A DNA stretch of 34,304 nucleotides. Source: a virus (lineage: Duplodnaviria; Caudoviricetes). The notes under the pieces are model-generated. The model did no database searches. It saw nothing but the letters and a program-made list of their open reading frames with translations, and was not told the origin of the DNA. The stretch lies in the IMG/VR virus record IMGVR_UViG_3300020397_000005, positions 1-34,304 of that record, one strand, 5' to 3'. Positions 7,083-16,942 of the stretch are shown here, piece by piece. The position numbers and the translations under genes were made by a program. How positions within the stretch are numbered: the first letter of the stretch is position 1; each line of letters begins with the position of its first letter.

Positions 7083-8583
7083 TTTAAACTTTGAGAACAG
7101 CCCGACAGTTTGGAAGTTTTTACATGATGAAAGTTTCGTTAGGGGCTTGATGGGTCCGGTAGGATCTGGTAAGTCCTATGGTTGCGCAGCTGAGATAATG
7201 TTAAGGGCAGTGAAGCAAAAGCCTAGTCCTCGAGATGGTATTCGTTATTCGCGTTTCGTTATCGTCAGAAATACATATCCCGAGCTGCGCACCACAACTA
7301 TTAAAACCTGGCAAGAGCTTTTTCCCGAGGATGTGTGGGGTGGTATGCGCTGGCAACCACCTATATCGCATCATATTAAGATCCCCACCAGGGATGATAT
7401 CCCAGGCATCGATTGTGAGGTCATATTTATGGCGTTATCTTCTCCGCAAGACGTCAGAAAATTATTGTCATTGGAACTCACTGGTGCCTGGGTCAACGAA
7501 GCCAGGGAGCTGCCGAAGGCGGTGATTGATGGATTGACGCATCGAGTCGGTCGATATCCTACAAAATCTGATGGCGGTCCTACCTGGTATGGCATTTGGA
7601 TGGATACTAACCCTCCTGATAGCGATCATTGGTGGCATGAGGTAGCAGAAAAGCATCCGATCAAAGGATCTTATCCCTGGACGTTTTTCAGACAACCTGG
7701 CGGTGTTTTACAAGCTTCGCCTGATGAAGTGCCGGATGATAACCCTGACGCCCAGGGCTTTGTGTTTTCTGGAGCAAAATGGTGGCGCATCAATGAAAAT
7801 GCTGAAAATGCTAATAATCTGCCACCAGGTTACTATCAACAGCTGCTTGGTGGTAAAAACGCAGATTGGATTCGATGTTATGCCCAGGGAATGTATACAT
7901 TTGTCCAGGAGGGTAGACCAGTTTGGCCGGAGTATGACGATGAGCTTATGTCCGGTGATGTGGAGGTAGATCCGTATTATCCAATACAAATCGGTGTAGA
8001 CTTTGGGCTTACGCCAGCTGCTATCTTTGGTCAGCGTACCCAGGGCGGTGCCTGGAAGGTTTGTGATGAGCTAGTGACTTTTGATATGGGGCTCGAGCGA
8101 TTTGGACAAGAACTCCTAGGAAGAATAGCAGAACGATATTCTAAGCATGAAATACTGATATGGGGAGATCCGGCTGGTAACAAACGCGATGAGATCTATG
8201 AAGTAACAGCGTTTGATCATCTCAGATCCCTGGGATTTAAGGCGCAACCTACAGATAGCAATGCTTTCCAGGTAAGACGCGAGGCCGGAGCTTCCCCAAT
8301 GTCCAGGTTGGTGAGCGGTAAACCAGGACTTATTGTTGATAAAAAATGTTTGCGGCTGCGCAAATCACTCAGCGGTGGATATTTTTTCAAAAGGCAAAGC
8401 CTGGGCGCTGGTCAGGAAAGATTTAAAGATGCGCCCGTCAAGAACGAACATTCGCACTGTGGCGATGCTTTTGGCTATCTTATGCTAGGCGGTGGTGAGC
8501 AAAGACGTTTACGGAGAGGCTCGTATGGCACGACTTTCCAACAGGGGTCATATACTGCAAGTAGCGAGTTTAACGTGTTCTGA
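7060..8583 (+). CDS. terL: Terminase large subunit
   Basis: Walker A GPVGSGKS, Walker B GAWVNE, MDTNPP, RNase H-like GVDFG...WGDPAG...HCGDAFGY. Confidence 0.96.
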   Translation: MSAIPSLDLNFENSPTVWKFLHDESFVRGLMGPVGSGKSYGCAAEIMLRAVKQKPSPRDGIRYSRFVIVRNTYPELRTTTIKTWQELFPEDVWGGMRWQPPISHHIKIPTRDDIPGIDCEVIFMALSSPQDVRKLLSLELTGAWVNEARELPKAVIDGLTHRVGRYPTKSDGGPTWYGIWMDTNPPDSDHWWHEVAEKHPIKGSYPWTFFRQPGGVLQASPDEVPDDNPDAQGFVFSGAKWWRINENAENANNLPPGYYQQLLGGKNADWIRCYAQGMYTFVQEGRPVWPEYDDELMSGDVEVDPYYPIQIGVDFGLTPAAIFGQRTQGGAWKVCDELVTFDMGLERFGQELLGRIAERYSKHEILIWGDPAGNKRDEIYEVTAFDHLRSLGFKAQPTDSNAFQVRREAGASPMSRLVSGKPGLIVDKKCLRLRKSLSGGYFFKRQSLGAGQERFKDAPVKNEHSHCGDAFGYLMLGGGEQRRLRRGSYGTTFQQGSYTASSEFNVF

Positions 8584-9065
8584 TGAGCCTTATACAGCTT
8601 CCTACGTTTAAAATGAGGCCGGATGAGCAAATCGTGCCGCTACAATTCAATCATCTTCTCAACTTAGAGCTCGGGCCGCACGAAAAAGAATATGCCAGGA
8701 ATATACCAGGGTATTTAGATTACGTTTATGAAAATTCTGAACAGGGTTGGAGCTGGGCGGCGATCGGTCGAGGCAAGGTTATTTGTGTGTTCGGTGTTCG
8801 AGATATTTGGCCTGGCGTAGTCGAGGCCTGGTTTTTACCAGGAGAAGGATTAGAAAATCACGCCAGGTCAACTTTAACAGGGGCCAGATCCTTATTAGGG
8901 GAGATAATTGGTCAATCCGGTGTCAGAAGGATGCAAATTTTTGTAAAATCACAACATATGGTAGCATTAAGGTTTGCCAAAGCACTATATTTTGAGGTAG
9001 AGTGTGAACATAGAAAGTTTGGCCCAGAGGGGGCTGACTATTATTGTATGGTAAGGTTTGAGTAA
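8583..9065 (+). CDS. GNAT-fold acetyltransferase-like protein
   Basis: VICVFGV..IWPGVVEAWF...VRRMQIFV...ALRFAKALYFEVE...RKFGPEGADYYCMVR. Confidence 0.75.
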   Translation: MSLIQLPTFKMRPDEQIVPLQFNHLLNLELGPHEKEYARNIPGYLDYVYENSEQGWSWAAIGRGKVICVFGVRDIWPGVVEAWFLPGEGLENHARSTLTGARSLLGEIIGQSGVRRMQIFVKSQHMVALRFAKALYFEVECEHRKFGPEGADYYCMVRFE

Positions 9066-9293
9066 ATGAGCGGTATTTTTGGAAAAAAGAAAAAGCCAGC
9101 GCCAGCGCCAACACAAGCAAAAAAAGTTATTTCGCGCCAAGAGCAAAGAGCTGAAGCTCAAGAAACATCAGAAATGCAAGGCGCACAAAGACGTAGGCGA
9201 TTATTGCGATCTGGTGGTATGAGATTATTATTCTCACCTCTTAGGCAAGAAGGCCCAGGAATAGACGAAATTAAGAAAACACTTGGCGGCTAG
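9066..9293 (+). CDS. Small basic virion-associated protein
   Basis: Position before the portal; G-rich start, coiled coil, Arg run, KTLGG end. Confidence 0.65.
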   Translation: MSGIFGKKKKPAPAPTQAKKVISRQEQRAEAQETSEMQGAQRRRRLLRSGGMRLLFSPLRQEGPGIDEIKKTLGG

Positions 9294-9295
9294 TC

Positions 9296-9748
9296 ATGGC
9301 TAAAAAAGGATTTTCTTTTTTTTCGACTAAACCCAAAAATATATCTGAGGGCTATGCTCAATATACTGGAATGAAAATAGCAGCTGGAGCTGGTGGGCCT
9401 GGCAGCGAAAAGTTTACCGCAAGTAAAAAAAGTACATTTGGTTTTAAGCAAGCCAAAGACGATTTACTCATGGATCTAGGAATTAAACAAAAAGGCATAG
9501 ACTATTATGCCAGACTAGATGATAGGGTCGAGCGCAGTAAACAGGCGATGGAAGATATGAAAGAACGCCGCCGTAGAAAAAATAGACGCAAACCAAAAGG
9601 TGAAACTGCTGCGGAGCGAGAGGCAAGATTAAAACGAGAAGCTCTAGCTAAAGAAAGAGCCGAAGGCCAAAAGAAACGTAAGAAATTTTATAAAGAGAAA
9701 GGCGAAAGATTAGCAAATCTAAAAGCTAAACTTTTGAATTTAGCATGA
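9296..9748 (+). CDS. Lys/Arg-rich hypothetical protein
   Basis: 150 aa with a basic coiled-coil C-terminal half. Confidence 0.7.
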   Translation: MAKKGFSFFSTKPKNISEGYAQYTGMKIAAGAGGPGSEKFTASKKSTFGFKQAKDDLLMDLGIKQKGIDYYARLDDRVERSKQAMEDMKERRRRKNRRKPKGETAAEREARLKREALAKERAEGQKKRKKFYKEKGERLANLKAKLLNLA

Positions 9749-9936
9749 CAAAAATTAAAGAAGATCCAAGAGTATTTAGTAAGGTTGAGGCAGACCCGAA
9801 AAGGGCAAGAAACGAGAAGGGTCATTTAGTCGCGGATGACCCTTCTACTCCTGAAGTAAATGAAGCTTGGGAAGGCGGCAAGGCTCCAAAGAAAAAGGCA
9901 AAACCTCGTGGTAAAAAAAGCACATCAAAATCCTAA
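9745..9936 (+). CDS. Small hypothetical protein
   Basis: ATGA overlap; RARNEKGHLVADDPSTPEVNEAW motif and Lys-rich tail. Confidence 0.7.
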   Translation: MTKIKEDPRVFSKVEADPKRARNEKGHLVADDPSTPEVNEAWEGGKAPKKKAKPRGKKSTSKS

Positions 9937-10198
9937 AGGCGGTTTAAACGCCGCTGGTCGGGCCTTCTTCAAACGGAAAACAGGATCGAACCTTAAACCT
10001 CCGGTGAAGAAAGGCGATAACCCTCGCCGAGCGTCCTTCCTGGCTAGAATGGCGGGGAACTCTGGGCCGGAGCGTGATAGTAAGGGGAGACCTACAAGAT
10101 TGCTCCTATCCCTCCGCGCCTGGGGTGCTTCCTCAAAAGCGGATGCCAGGAAGAAAGCAGCGGCTATAAGTAAACGAAACGAGAGTAGAAATGCCTAA
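9908..10198 (+). CDS. Basic protein, DUF6321-like
   Basis: GGLNAAGRAFFKRKTGSNLKPPV...RRASFLARM...LSLRAWG. GTG start at 9908 preferred. Family name is from recall. Confidence 0.7.
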   Translation: MVKKAHQNPKGGLNAAGRAFFKRKTGSNLKPPVKKGDNPRRASFLARMAGNSGPERDSKGRPTRLLLSLRAWGASSKADARKKAAAISKRNESRNA

Positions 10199-11750
10199 AT
10201 TAAATGTAAAAGAAGTTATGGGGCGTGAGGCAAAAGCACAGGCTCGAAAAGATGAATGGCGTACAATCTATGAAGATTGCTATGAGTTTGCTTTGCCACA
10301 GAGAAACTTATACAATGGCTATTACGAAGGCAAAACTCCAGGCAAAAACAAAACACAAAGAGTTTTTGATAGTACAGCTGTTAATGCAACAAAGCGTTTT
10401 GCCAATAGGATGCAGTCCGGTCTTTTCCCACCTATGCGCAAATGGTGTAGACTAGAGCCAGGATCAGCCGTTCCAGAAGAAGAGAAAGAACGAGCGCAAG
10501 AAATATTAGATGCGTATGTTGATATTATGTTTGATCAGCTACGTCAGACTAGTTTTGACCTGGCAATGGGTGAGTTTCTCCTAGACCTTTGTGTTGGCAC
10601 AGCGGTTATGATGATTACGCCAGGCGATGAGGTCACGCCTATTCGTTTCTTAGCTGTGCCACAATACCTGGTTGCAATTGAGGAAGGTGCATACGGAACG
10701 ATTGATAACGTATATCGTAAGCTAAGAATAAAAGCAGAAGCAATACAAAGAGAGTTTCGTGACGTTCAGATAACTCCAGAGCTTCAGACAGCTATTGATG
10801 ACAAGCCACATGAAGAGCTCGATCTGTTTGATGCAATCATTTTTGATCAAGAAACTGGTCGTTATCATTATCATGTAGTTTGGCCGTACAAACAGCAAGA
10901 GCTAGTCTACAGAGAGATGGACAGTAGTCCGTTTATTGTAGCCAGGTTTAGTAAAACAGCTGGTGAAGTTTATGGTCGAGGTCCGTTGATTGATGCGATT
11001 GCAGACATAAAAACTCTTAACAAAACAAAAGAATTGATATTGAAGAACGCAAGTCTTTCGATATCTGGTGTATTCCTTGCAGCCGATGATGGTGTTCTCA
11101 ACCCACAGAATATCAAAATTCAACCAGGTGCAATTATCCCAGTCGCTCGTAATGGTGGGCCGCAAGGCGCATCCCTGGCTCCTTTACCCCGAGCTGGGGA
11201 TTTTAATACAAGTCAGATTGTTATTCAGGATCTGACAATGAACATCAAAAAGATTTTAATGGATGATAGTTTGCCGCCAGACACAATGAGCGCCAGGTCA
11301 GCAACAGAGATCGCTCAGCGCCAGCGTGAGCTGGCTACAAACTTAGGGTCTGCCTTTGGTCGATTGATGACGGAAATTATGATACCACTTATTTCCAGGA
11401 CTTTGTATGTTTTAGATCGCCAGGGTTTTATTCGTATGCCGCTCAAGGTCAATGGCGTTCAGGTTAAGGTTGTGCCAGTGTCACCACTAGCAGAAGCGCC
11501 AAAGATGGAAGAGGTAAACCAGCTTCTTAATTTTATGCAGATTGCTAATGTAATGGGACCAATGGGCCAAACATCACTTAACATATCTAAGATAGTAGAT
11601 TTCATTGCTGAAAAGATGGGTATCGATGCTCGATTGCTGAATACACCAGAAGAACAAAAGACAATGTTAGACCAGATGCAGCAAGCTATGATGGCTGAAC
11701 AACAGCCAGAAATGCCAACAGATGAAACTGTGGCTGGAGCGATGCAATGA
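10191..11750 (+). CDS. Portal / head-tail connector (T7 gp8-like)
   Basis: FDSTA...LDLCVGTA...GEVYGRGP...SATEI...LGSAFGRL...VSPLA; 519 aa. Confidence 0.95.
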   Translation: MPKLNVKEVMGREAKAQARKDEWRTIYEDCYEFALPQRNLYNGYYEGKTPGKNKTQRVFDSTAVNATKRFANRMQSGLFPPMRKWCRLEPGSAVPEEEKERAQEILDAYVDIMFDQLRQTSFDLAMGEFLLDLCVGTAVMMITPGDEVTPIRFLAVPQYLVAIEEGAYGTIDNVYRKLRIKAEAIQREFRDVQITPELQTAIDDKPHEELDLFDAIIFDQETGRYHYHVVWPYKQQELVYREMDSSPFIVARFSKTAGEVYGRGPLIDAIADIKTLNKTKELILKNASLSISGVFLAADDGVLNPQNIKIQPGAIIPVARNGGPQGASLAPLPRAGDFNTSQIVIQDLTMNIKKILMDDSLPPDTMSARSATEIAQRQRELATNLGSAFGRLMTEIMIPLISRTLYVLDRQGFIRMPLKVNGVQVKVVPVSPLAEAPKMEEVNQLLNFMQIANVMGPMGQTSLNISKIVDFIAEKMGIDARLLNTPEEQKTMLDQMQQAMMAEQQPEMPTDETVAGAMQ

Positions 11751-12004
11751 GTTCGGCTGAAGGCTGGGAAGGATTATCTCAGGCTCAGGCGGAGCCGCAG
11801 AAAGCGGACGATTTAGATATACTGTATGGACAGTTATTTAAGTCACAGGAAGGCCAAAAGGTGCTAAGTCATTTGAGGCAGATAACAATTGAACAACCAT
11901 CCTGGTTTCCTGGGGAAGATCCAAGCCAAGGTTACTTTCGAGAAGGTGCGGCTGATCTTGTCCGGTTAATTATAAAAAGGGTGGATAGGAGCGATAATGT
12001 CTGA
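11747..12004 (+). CDS. Bbp19-like small protein
   Basis: LFKSQEGQKVLSHL...FREG motif; directly after the portal. Confidence 0.75.
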   Translation: MSSAEGWEGLSQAQAEPQKADDLDILYGQLFKSQEGQKVLSHLRQITIEQPSWFPGEDPSQGYFREGAADLVRLIIKRVDRSDNV

Positions 12005-12770
12005 AGAAACAGAAAACGTTGAAACACAGGAAGCAGATGCGCCGTTAATTAACGTAGATGCAAAAGAAGAAGAAACACAAGCAGAGGCACCTATGCCTTT
12101 GCATGATGAGCCAGAAGAACAGGAACTATCAGAAGAAGATGATGATGAAGTTTTTGAGCGGCCTGATTACTATCCAGAAAAGTTTTGGGATGACGATGGG
12201 CCGGACGTTGAAAAGCTTGCGAAGAGCTATGCAGAGTTGGAGAAAGCATTTAGATCCGGCAAGCATAAAGCACCGGAAGGTGATTACGATGTTTCGGATT
12301 TGGTTGATCGTGGCCTCGATTTGGAAGATCCGGCTGTTGCGGTATATCAGGATTGGGCTAAACAATATGGTGTTTCACAGAAAGCGTTTGAGGACTTGGC
12401 TGGTCAAATTCTGGAGATGAATGGCGAACAGGCCGAAGATATTGAATATGATCGAAGAGTTGAAATGCAAAAGCTTGGCAACAATGCCCAGGAAAAAATT
12501 AACTTTCTCGAGCGCAACATCAAAGGAGCCGATCTGAACAATGCAGAGAAAGAGGCTCTAAGCATGAGTATCAATAGTGCTGATAGTATCAATGCTTTGA
12601 CCAAACTTATCCAGGGATACACAAATGAAAACATCCCTATCAAACCTGTTGTCTCAGAACCAGAAATGACAGTTACCGATCTTCAGCAAGCTATCGCAGA
12701 TCCTCGATGGCAGACTGACGCGGTGTGGCGAACTAAGATCGAAAAGAAGTGGATGGATGCAAACAACTAG
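11997..12770 (+). CDS. Capsid scaffolding protein
   Basis: Very acidic; RPDYYPEKFWD...LAKSYAELEK; between portal and capsid genes. Confidence 0.85.
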   Translation: MSEETENVETQEADAPLINVDAKEEETQAEAPMPLHDEPEEQELSEEDDDEVFERPDYYPEKFWDDDGPDVEKLAKSYAELEKAFRSGKHKAPEGDYDVSDLVDRGLDLEDPAVAVYQDWAKQYGVSQKAFEDLAGQILEMNGEQAEDIEYDRRVEMQKLGNNAQEKINFLERNIKGADLNNAEKEALSMSINSADSINALTKLIQGYTNENIPIKPVVSEPEMTVTDLQQAIADPRWQTDAVWRTKIEKKWMDANN

Positions 12771-12776
12771 ATGTTG

Positions 12777-12805
12777 TTGCAATGTATGTCGTTTGCGTGT
12801 ATATG
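12777..12805 (+). promoter_or_regulatory. Candidate promoter for the capsid gene
   Basis: TTGCAA-N17-TATATG; similar to 25656-25684. Confidence 0.35.
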
Positions 12806-12811
12806 TGGTGT

Positions 12812-12913
12812 AACGGATAACCGCTTCGCGGCCTGTTTATGTGGTGAATCCACTGGTGGGCGCGGCCACTACCGCGCAAGCGACCGCCCGATTACATCGG
12901 CTAACGGTAAGCG
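12812..12913 (+). ncRNA. Putative structured cis-regulatory RNA in the capsid 5' leader
   Basis: GC-rich intergenic segment with four predicted hairpins, two with NUAA bulges; unclassified. Confidence 0.55.
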
Positions 12914-12948
12914 TTTTATAATGGAAACCTTAAAAGGAGGCTTCTGCT

Positions 12949-13782
12949 ATGGCGCAGAACGTAACAACGGCCTTTGTAACACTATTCGATCAAGAAGTGA
13001 AACAGGCCTATCAAGGCGAAGCACTGCTTCGCGGCACTATGAGAACACGCACAGGTGTTCAGGGAAACACAGTTAAGTTCCCAAAAATTGGTAAAGGCGT
13101 AGCAACGGTAAGGGTACCCCAGACCGATGTGACACCTCTAAACGTCACCTATTCTCAGGTGACAGCAACTATGTCTGATTTTATCGCAGCTGAATATTCT
13201 GATATCTTTCATCAGTCACACATCAACTTTGATGAGCGCCGTGAACTGGTGCAAGTTGTTTCAAAAGCGATTGCAAGACGTATGGACCAGCTTTGCATTG
13301 ATGCTCTTAATGCTGCTTCATCACCATCAACTGTTGCTACGTCAATCGGTGGTGCTGGCACAAACATGAACATTGAAAAGCTTCGTGCAGCTGCCAAAGC
13401 TCTAAACGACAAGAATGTACCAGCTGAAGGGCGTCATTTGTTAATGCACTCTTCCCAGCTTGATGCGTTGCTTGGTGAAACAGAAGTGACTTCCGCAGAC
13501 TTTGCAACAGTAAAGGCGCTTGTTCGCGGCGAGATCAATTCGTTCATGGGCTTTAACATAATCACTATGGGTGATCGTGATGAGGGTGGTGTTCCAAAAC
13601 CATCTACTCGTTCATGTTTTGCATGGCACGAAAGCTCAATGGGTTATGCTGAAAGCATCTCACAAAAGAGTGAGGTTAACTACATACCTGAAAAAACATC
13701 TTTCCTAGTCAGCTCAATGTTCTCGGCTGGCAGTGTAGCGATCGATGACGAGGGTATAGTAAAAATTAGCTGTACTGAGTAA
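12949..13782 (+). CDS. Major capsid protein
   Basis: AGGAGG SD; FVTLFDQEVKQAYQ...FPKIG...AIARRMDQL...GEINSFMGF...GSVAIDDEGIV. Confidence 0.92.
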   Translation: MAQNVTTAFVTLFDQEVKQAYQGEALLRGTMRTRTGVQGNTVKFPKIGKGVATVRVPQTDVTPLNVTYSQVTATMSDFIAAEYSDIFHQSHINFDERRELVQVVSKAIARRMDQLCIDALNAASSPSTVATSIGGAGTNMNIEKLRAAAKALNDKNVPAEGRHLLMHSSQLDALLGETEVTSADFATVKALVRGEINSFMGFNIITMGDRDEGGVPKPSTRSCFAWHESSMGYAESISQKSEVNYIPEKTSFLVSSMFSAGSVAIDDEGIVKISCTE

Positions 13783-13794
13783 GGAGACTGACAC

Positions 13795-14073
13795 ATGGCT
13801 TTTTCAAGTACAAATTTTGCAACCATCGGAGCGTCAAAGAAAGGTAATGCACCTTCTTTATACTCCTATCAAACCGCTGATACTATTGCGACAGTAAACA
13901 CTGAGGGTTATTTCAATGACTTATCAGATACTCTCGCAGTTGGCGATTTAATCTATGTTGTTTCATCCACTGGCGGCACTCGCGTTTCTACACTAACGCA
14001 AGTTCTTTCAAACACTAGTGGTGTTGTTGACGTTGCAGACGGAACAACATTAGCAGCAACAGACGGTGACTAA
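13795..14073 (+). CDS. Small virion protein (possible capsid decoration)
   Basis: AGGAG SD; lies between the capsid gene and its terminator; YQTADTIATVNTEGYFN. Confidence 0.65.
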   Translation: MAFSSTNFATIGASKKGNAPSLYSYQTADTIATVNTEGYFNDLSDTLAVGDLIYVVSSTGGTRVSTLTQVLSNTSGVVDVADGTTLAATDGD

Positions 14074-14081
14074 TTAAATAT

Positions 14082-14106
14082 GGGGCTGGGTAACTGGCCC
14101 CTTATA
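14082..14106 (+). terminator. Hairpin terminator after the capsid genes (probably leaky)
   Basis: GGGGCTGG-GTAA-CTGGCCCC with a GNRA loop and a weak TTATA tail. Confidence 0.6.
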
Positions 14107-14123
14107 CACATTGGAGGGTTGTG

Positions 14124-14741
14124 ATGGCCGTAGGTGATACAGATTTATCTATTTGTTCAGACGCATTAATCTTGCTGGGGGCCGCGCCCCTTTCTTCGTT
14201 TACAGAAGGAACAGATACCGCTCAAGCTTGCGACCGATTATACCCAGATTTAAAAAATACATTACTAAGTACCTATGTTTGGTCTTGGACACTTGCCAAA
14301 ATACAGCTTCAAAGATTATCAACAACACCAGTAAACGAATGGGAATATGCCTATCAGATGCCAGGAGATGATTTAACTGGTGCATTGGCTGTATTTGAAA
14401 ATGACAGTACAGCACAAAGATCTGTTCGTTATGGCTGGGAGATATATGGCGATCAGCTCTACACAAATATGGAAACGGTTTACATTGATTATCAACAAAC
14501 CATCACTGAAGCTAAGATGCCTAATTATTTTGTTCGTTTGCTTAGAACGGCACTAGCAGCTGAACTAGCCATTGTTATTACAGACCAAGCTTCAAAAGCA
14601 GATTATTTTAGAGCGTTAGCGTATGGAAGCCCTGCAGAGAACGGTCGGGGCGGTCTAATGCGTGAGGCGATGAATATAGATGCAAGAGGTCAGTCAACAC
14701 AAATTGTCGAGGACTATTCGCTAATACAAGTGAGGCAGTAA
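14124..14741 (+). CDS. Tail tubular protein A / adaptor (T7 gp11-like)
   Basis: ICSDALILLGA..LSSF...WSW...WEYAYQMPGD; GGAGG SD. Confidence 0.88.
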   Translation: MAVGDTDLSICSDALILLGAAPLSSFTEGTDTAQACDRLYPDLKNTLLSTYVWSWTLAKIQLQRLSTTPVNEWEYAYQMPGDDLTGALAVFENDSTAQRSVRYGWEIYGDQLYTNMETVYIDYQQTITEAKMPNYFVRLLRTALAAELAIVITDQASKADYFRALAYGSPAENGRGGLMREAMNIDARGQSTQIVEDYSLIQVRQ

Positions 14742-16940
14742 ATGCGCGTAACTCAGTTTCAAACAAATTTTTCTGTTGGTGAACTAGATCCGCTATTACG
14801 AGCCAGAACAGATCTATCACAGTATCAAAACGCTTTAGAAGAAGCGACAAATGTTATTATACAACCTCAAGGCGGTCTGAAGCGTAGGGATGGCCTAAAG
14901 TTTATTTATGATTTTGGCTCAAGCTTTACAGATTTTAAACTGATACCGTTTGAGTTTAGCGTTACCGATAGTTATCTTTTGGTCCTGGTTGTGGGCCGTA
15001 TTTATGTATTTAAGAACGGTACATTGCAAACAAACATAAATTCATCAGGCAATGATTACATAGCAGCTACAGATATAACAGCGGCCATGCTTGACGAGTT
15101 AACATTTACACAGGCTGTTGATACGCTTATTCTATGCCATGAGGATTTACAGACCAAAAGGCTTGTAAGAAATACTGACACAAGTTGGACATTAGAAAAC
15201 TTACCATTAACAAACATACCCCAGTATGCATATGCGTTTCTTACTAACCAACCAAATTTTACAATTACACCCAGCGCAGTATCTGGCAACATTACTATCA
15301 CAGCCTCAAGCGTAACAACAGATACCGGAACTGCCCAAGCTGGGGGATATGATACTATTACATTAAAAACCACAACAAGCTATACATCTGATGATGATCC
15401 AAACGGTATGTTTATTACACTCACATCCGGCACAGGATCAGGGCAGACTAGGCATATAGAGGACTATGTGGCCTCAACAAAGATAGCTACGGTATATCCG
15501 GCATGGGATACGCAGCCAGATGCAACAACAGGCTATAAGGTTGAGGCGTTTGCCCCAACAACCGTTGGCGAATATGCCCAGGTTACAAGCACATTTGGCA
15601 GGGCCAGATATGTAGAATATGTAAGCGCAACAGTAATGAAAGCGGTAACAGAAGTGCCGTTCTTTGACACAAGCGCTGTTGTGGCTGGTAACTGGGAAAG
15701 TGAGCATGGCTATGAAGATGTCTGGTCAAACACTAGAGGCTGGCCTAAATCAGCAACGTTTCATGAAGGCCGATTATATTTTGGTGGCTCAAAGTCCAGG
15801 CCCAATACAATATGGGGATCAAAGTCTATCGATTTCTTTAACTTTAATCCTGGCAGTGGTCTTGATGACGAAAGTGTTGAAGCAACTATAAACACAAATC
15901 AGCTAAACAGTATTGTAAATGTCGTTGCTGGCGCTGATCTAAGAATATTTACCACTGGCGGTGAGTTTGTTGTTATTCAATCAGAGGATGCTCCGGTTAC
16001 TCCAGCAGACTTTTTGATACGTCCACAAACAAGATTGGGATCTAAACCAGGTGTGCCAATAGAAGATCTCAACGGTGCGTCTGTATTTGTTCAACGGCAA
16101 GGTAAATCGGTTAACGCATTTCAATTTGGGTCAAATACTAACTCATACCAAGTGCAACAGATATCTGTGCTTTCATCGCATCTTATAAAAAATCCTGTTG
16201 ATATAGCTGCTCGAAGATCAACGTCTACAGACGAGGCTGATCGATTGTTTCTTGTTAATGGCGATGATGGGTCAATGTCAGTTTACTCTATTCTTGTTGG
16301 GCAAGAGGTTATAGCGCCCAGTCAATTTACAACAGATGGACAATTTATCGCTGTAGCAACAGAAATATCTGATACCTATTGTATTGTAAAAAGAACAGTA
16401 GATTCATCAAATAAATATTTTTTAGAAAAGTTTGACGAAACTATAACCACAGATAGCGCTAAGACTGGAGGAGCGGCCTCCTCAGTAACAATGAACCATT
16501 TAGAGGGTAAAACCGTTGAGGTTGTTCGTGATGGCATTGTGGAGCCAACTCAGACAGTTCCGGCCAGTCCTTATACAATTACGTTTGCAAGCGCAGCAAC
16601 AACAGACTTCCAGGTAGGATTAGAATATACAGTCCAGGCAAAGACAATGCCAACAGAGCCAGTGCTCAATTCTGGTTCTGTGCAAGGCGTCAAAAAGCGT
16701 ATTGTTCAAGTTGATGCACTTCTTAACGAAACAAAAGATCTTGTAATAAATGGCAAACAAATATCATTTAGAAATCTAGGTGTTGGGGTTTTAGATAAAC
16801 CTGTTCAGGCATTTACTGGACTAAAAACAGCGCATGGTATTCTAGGATACAGTGCTACCGGACAAATAACATTAACGCAAAACGTTCCTTTGCCTATGAC
16901 TGTATTGGGCTTGGAATATAAATTAAGTGTAGGGAATTAG
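14742..16940 (+). CDS. Tail tubular protein B / nozzle (T7 gp12-like)
   Basis: QTNFSVGELDPLL..R.D...PQGGLKRRDG...GWP..ATFHEGRLYFGG. Confidence 0.9.
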   Translation: MRVTQFQTNFSVGELDPLLRARTDLSQYQNALEEATNVIIQPQGGLKRRDGLKFIYDFGSSFTDFKLIPFEFSVTDSYLLVLVVGRIYVFKNGTLQTNINSSGNDYIAATDITAAMLDELTFTQAVDTLILCHEDLQTKRLVRNTDTSWTLENLPLTNIPQYAYAFLTNQPNFTITPSAVSGNITITASSVTTDTGTAQAGGYDTITLKTTTSYTSDDDPNGMFITLTSGTGSGQTRHIEDYVASTKIATVYPAWDTQPDATTGYKVEAFAPTTVGEYAQVTSTFGRARYVEYVSATVMKAVTEVPFFDTSAVVAGNWESEHGYEDVWSNTRGWPKSATFHEGRLYFGGSKSRPNTIWGSKSIDFFNFNPGSGLDDESVEATINTNQLNSIVNVVAGADLRIFTTGGEFVVIQSEDAPVTPADFLIRPQTRLGSKPGVPIEDLNGASVFVQRQGKSVNAFQFGSNTNSYQVQQISVLSSHLIKNPVDIAARRSTSTDEADRLFLVNGDDGSMSVYSILVGQEVIAPSQFTTDGQFIAVATEISDTYCIVKRTVDSSNKYFLEKFDETITTDSAKTGGAASSVTMNHLEGKTVEVVRDGIVEPTQTVPASPYTITFASAATTDFQVGLEYTVQAKTMPTEPVLNSGSVQGVKKRIVQVDALLNETKDLVINGKQISFRNLGVGVLDKPVQAFTGLKTAHGILGYSATGQITLTQNVPLPMTVLGLEYKLSVGN

Positions 16941-16942
16941 AT

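Noticed and set aside
12771-13076. 101-aa ORF overlapping the capsid start
   Set aside because: No SD, atypical composition, and it overlaps the capsid gene out of frame. The region is better explained as a structured leader.
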